Assembly: GCA_029856435.1 (NCBI GenBank)
Contig: JAHQXB010000180.1
Span: 1 to 14,547, forward strand
Reading direction: 5' to 3'
Source: Candidatus Jordarchaeia archaeon
GTDB taxonomy: Archaea > Asgardarchaeota > Jordiarchaeia > Jordiarchaeales > Jordiarchaeaceae
Length of the DNA stretch: 14,547 bases
A model generated the notes under the pieces. It did no database searches. It was not told the origin of the DNA and saw only the letters and a program-made list of their open reading frames with translations. Numbering within the stretch: position 1 is the stretch's first letter; every line of letters begins with the position of its first letter. Both the position numbers and the translations under genes were made by a program. Positions 14,171 to 14,547 of the stretch are shown piece after piece.

Positions 14171-14547
14171 CAAAATATTATAGGCTTATATAGGCGTTAG
14201 TTTATTGTTTATGTGTGCCTGAAAAGCTGTACACACTTAAAGAAGCGTCTTTACTTCTGGGCCTTCATCCACGAACTATTCAGAAGTGGGACAAACAGGG
14301 GAAGATTAGGGCTGTGAGGACGCTAGGCGGAAGGAGGAGGATACCCGAGTCTGAGATAAGGAGGCTTCAGGGCGAGAAGGGGTTTTGAGGAGCACCGTAG
14401 GGTATGCAAGAGTTTCATCAACAACCCGGAGGGATGACCTTGAGAGGCAAGTGGAATTTTTTTGGGGCAGCATGGGGTTCAGGAAGTGATTTCTGACGTC
14501 GGCTCCGGTTTAAACGAAGAAAGGGGGGGTTCCTGAAGCTTCTGGAT
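14171..14547 (+). mobile_element. Left part of an IS607-family insertion sequence (truncated by the window edge; exact left end unresolved)
   Basis: TnpA-like coding sequence preceded by short direct repeats TATAGGC (14179-14185 and 14189-14195). Confidence 0.7.
14215..14547 (+). pseudogene. tnpA: IS607-family TnpA serine recombinase/transposase, frameshifted
   Basis: MerR-like [47 protein letters not shown] ends at TGA 14386-14388. Catalytic GYARVSS...DDLERQ lies in the -1 frame, and EVISDVGSGLN...FLKLLD needs two further -1 shifts. Confidence 0.85.

Noticed and set aside
14377-14388. Programmed -1 frameshift in tnpA
   Set aside because: The zero-frame codons AAG GGG TTT TGA do not form an X XXY YYZ slippery heptamer, and two more shifts would still be needed.

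Overview
Archaeal chromosomal window, lineage not determinable from sequence alone. It holds mostly housekeeping and metabolic genes: hdrC-hdrB (heterodisulfide reductase), ribosomal eS17 with a long acidic tail, a radical SAM/SPASM protein, a metallophosphoesterase, a UroD/MtaA-family protein, an OPT-family transporter, a HAD phosphatase, thioredoxin, an HTH regulator, a tandem-ACT SerB, a TrmB regulator and a Sir2 deacylase. A frameshifted IS607-type tnpA sits at the right edge. The main observation is that hdrC is interrupted by a 30-nt insert (341-370) that begins with an in-frame UAG and splits a [4Fe-4S] CxxCxxCxxxCP motif. The insert folds into a bulge-helix-bulge-type structure whose canonical cut sites fall exactly on its boundaries, making it a candidate endonuclease-spliced mRNA intron in an energy-metabolism gene. 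Secondary observations: a CRISPR-like 28-nt repeat/37-nt spacer/28-nt repeat unit with no cas genes in the window, two related structured intergenic elements, and sharp local flips between A/C-rich and G/T-rich strand composition, one of them at the intron. All structures and counts were worked out by hand.
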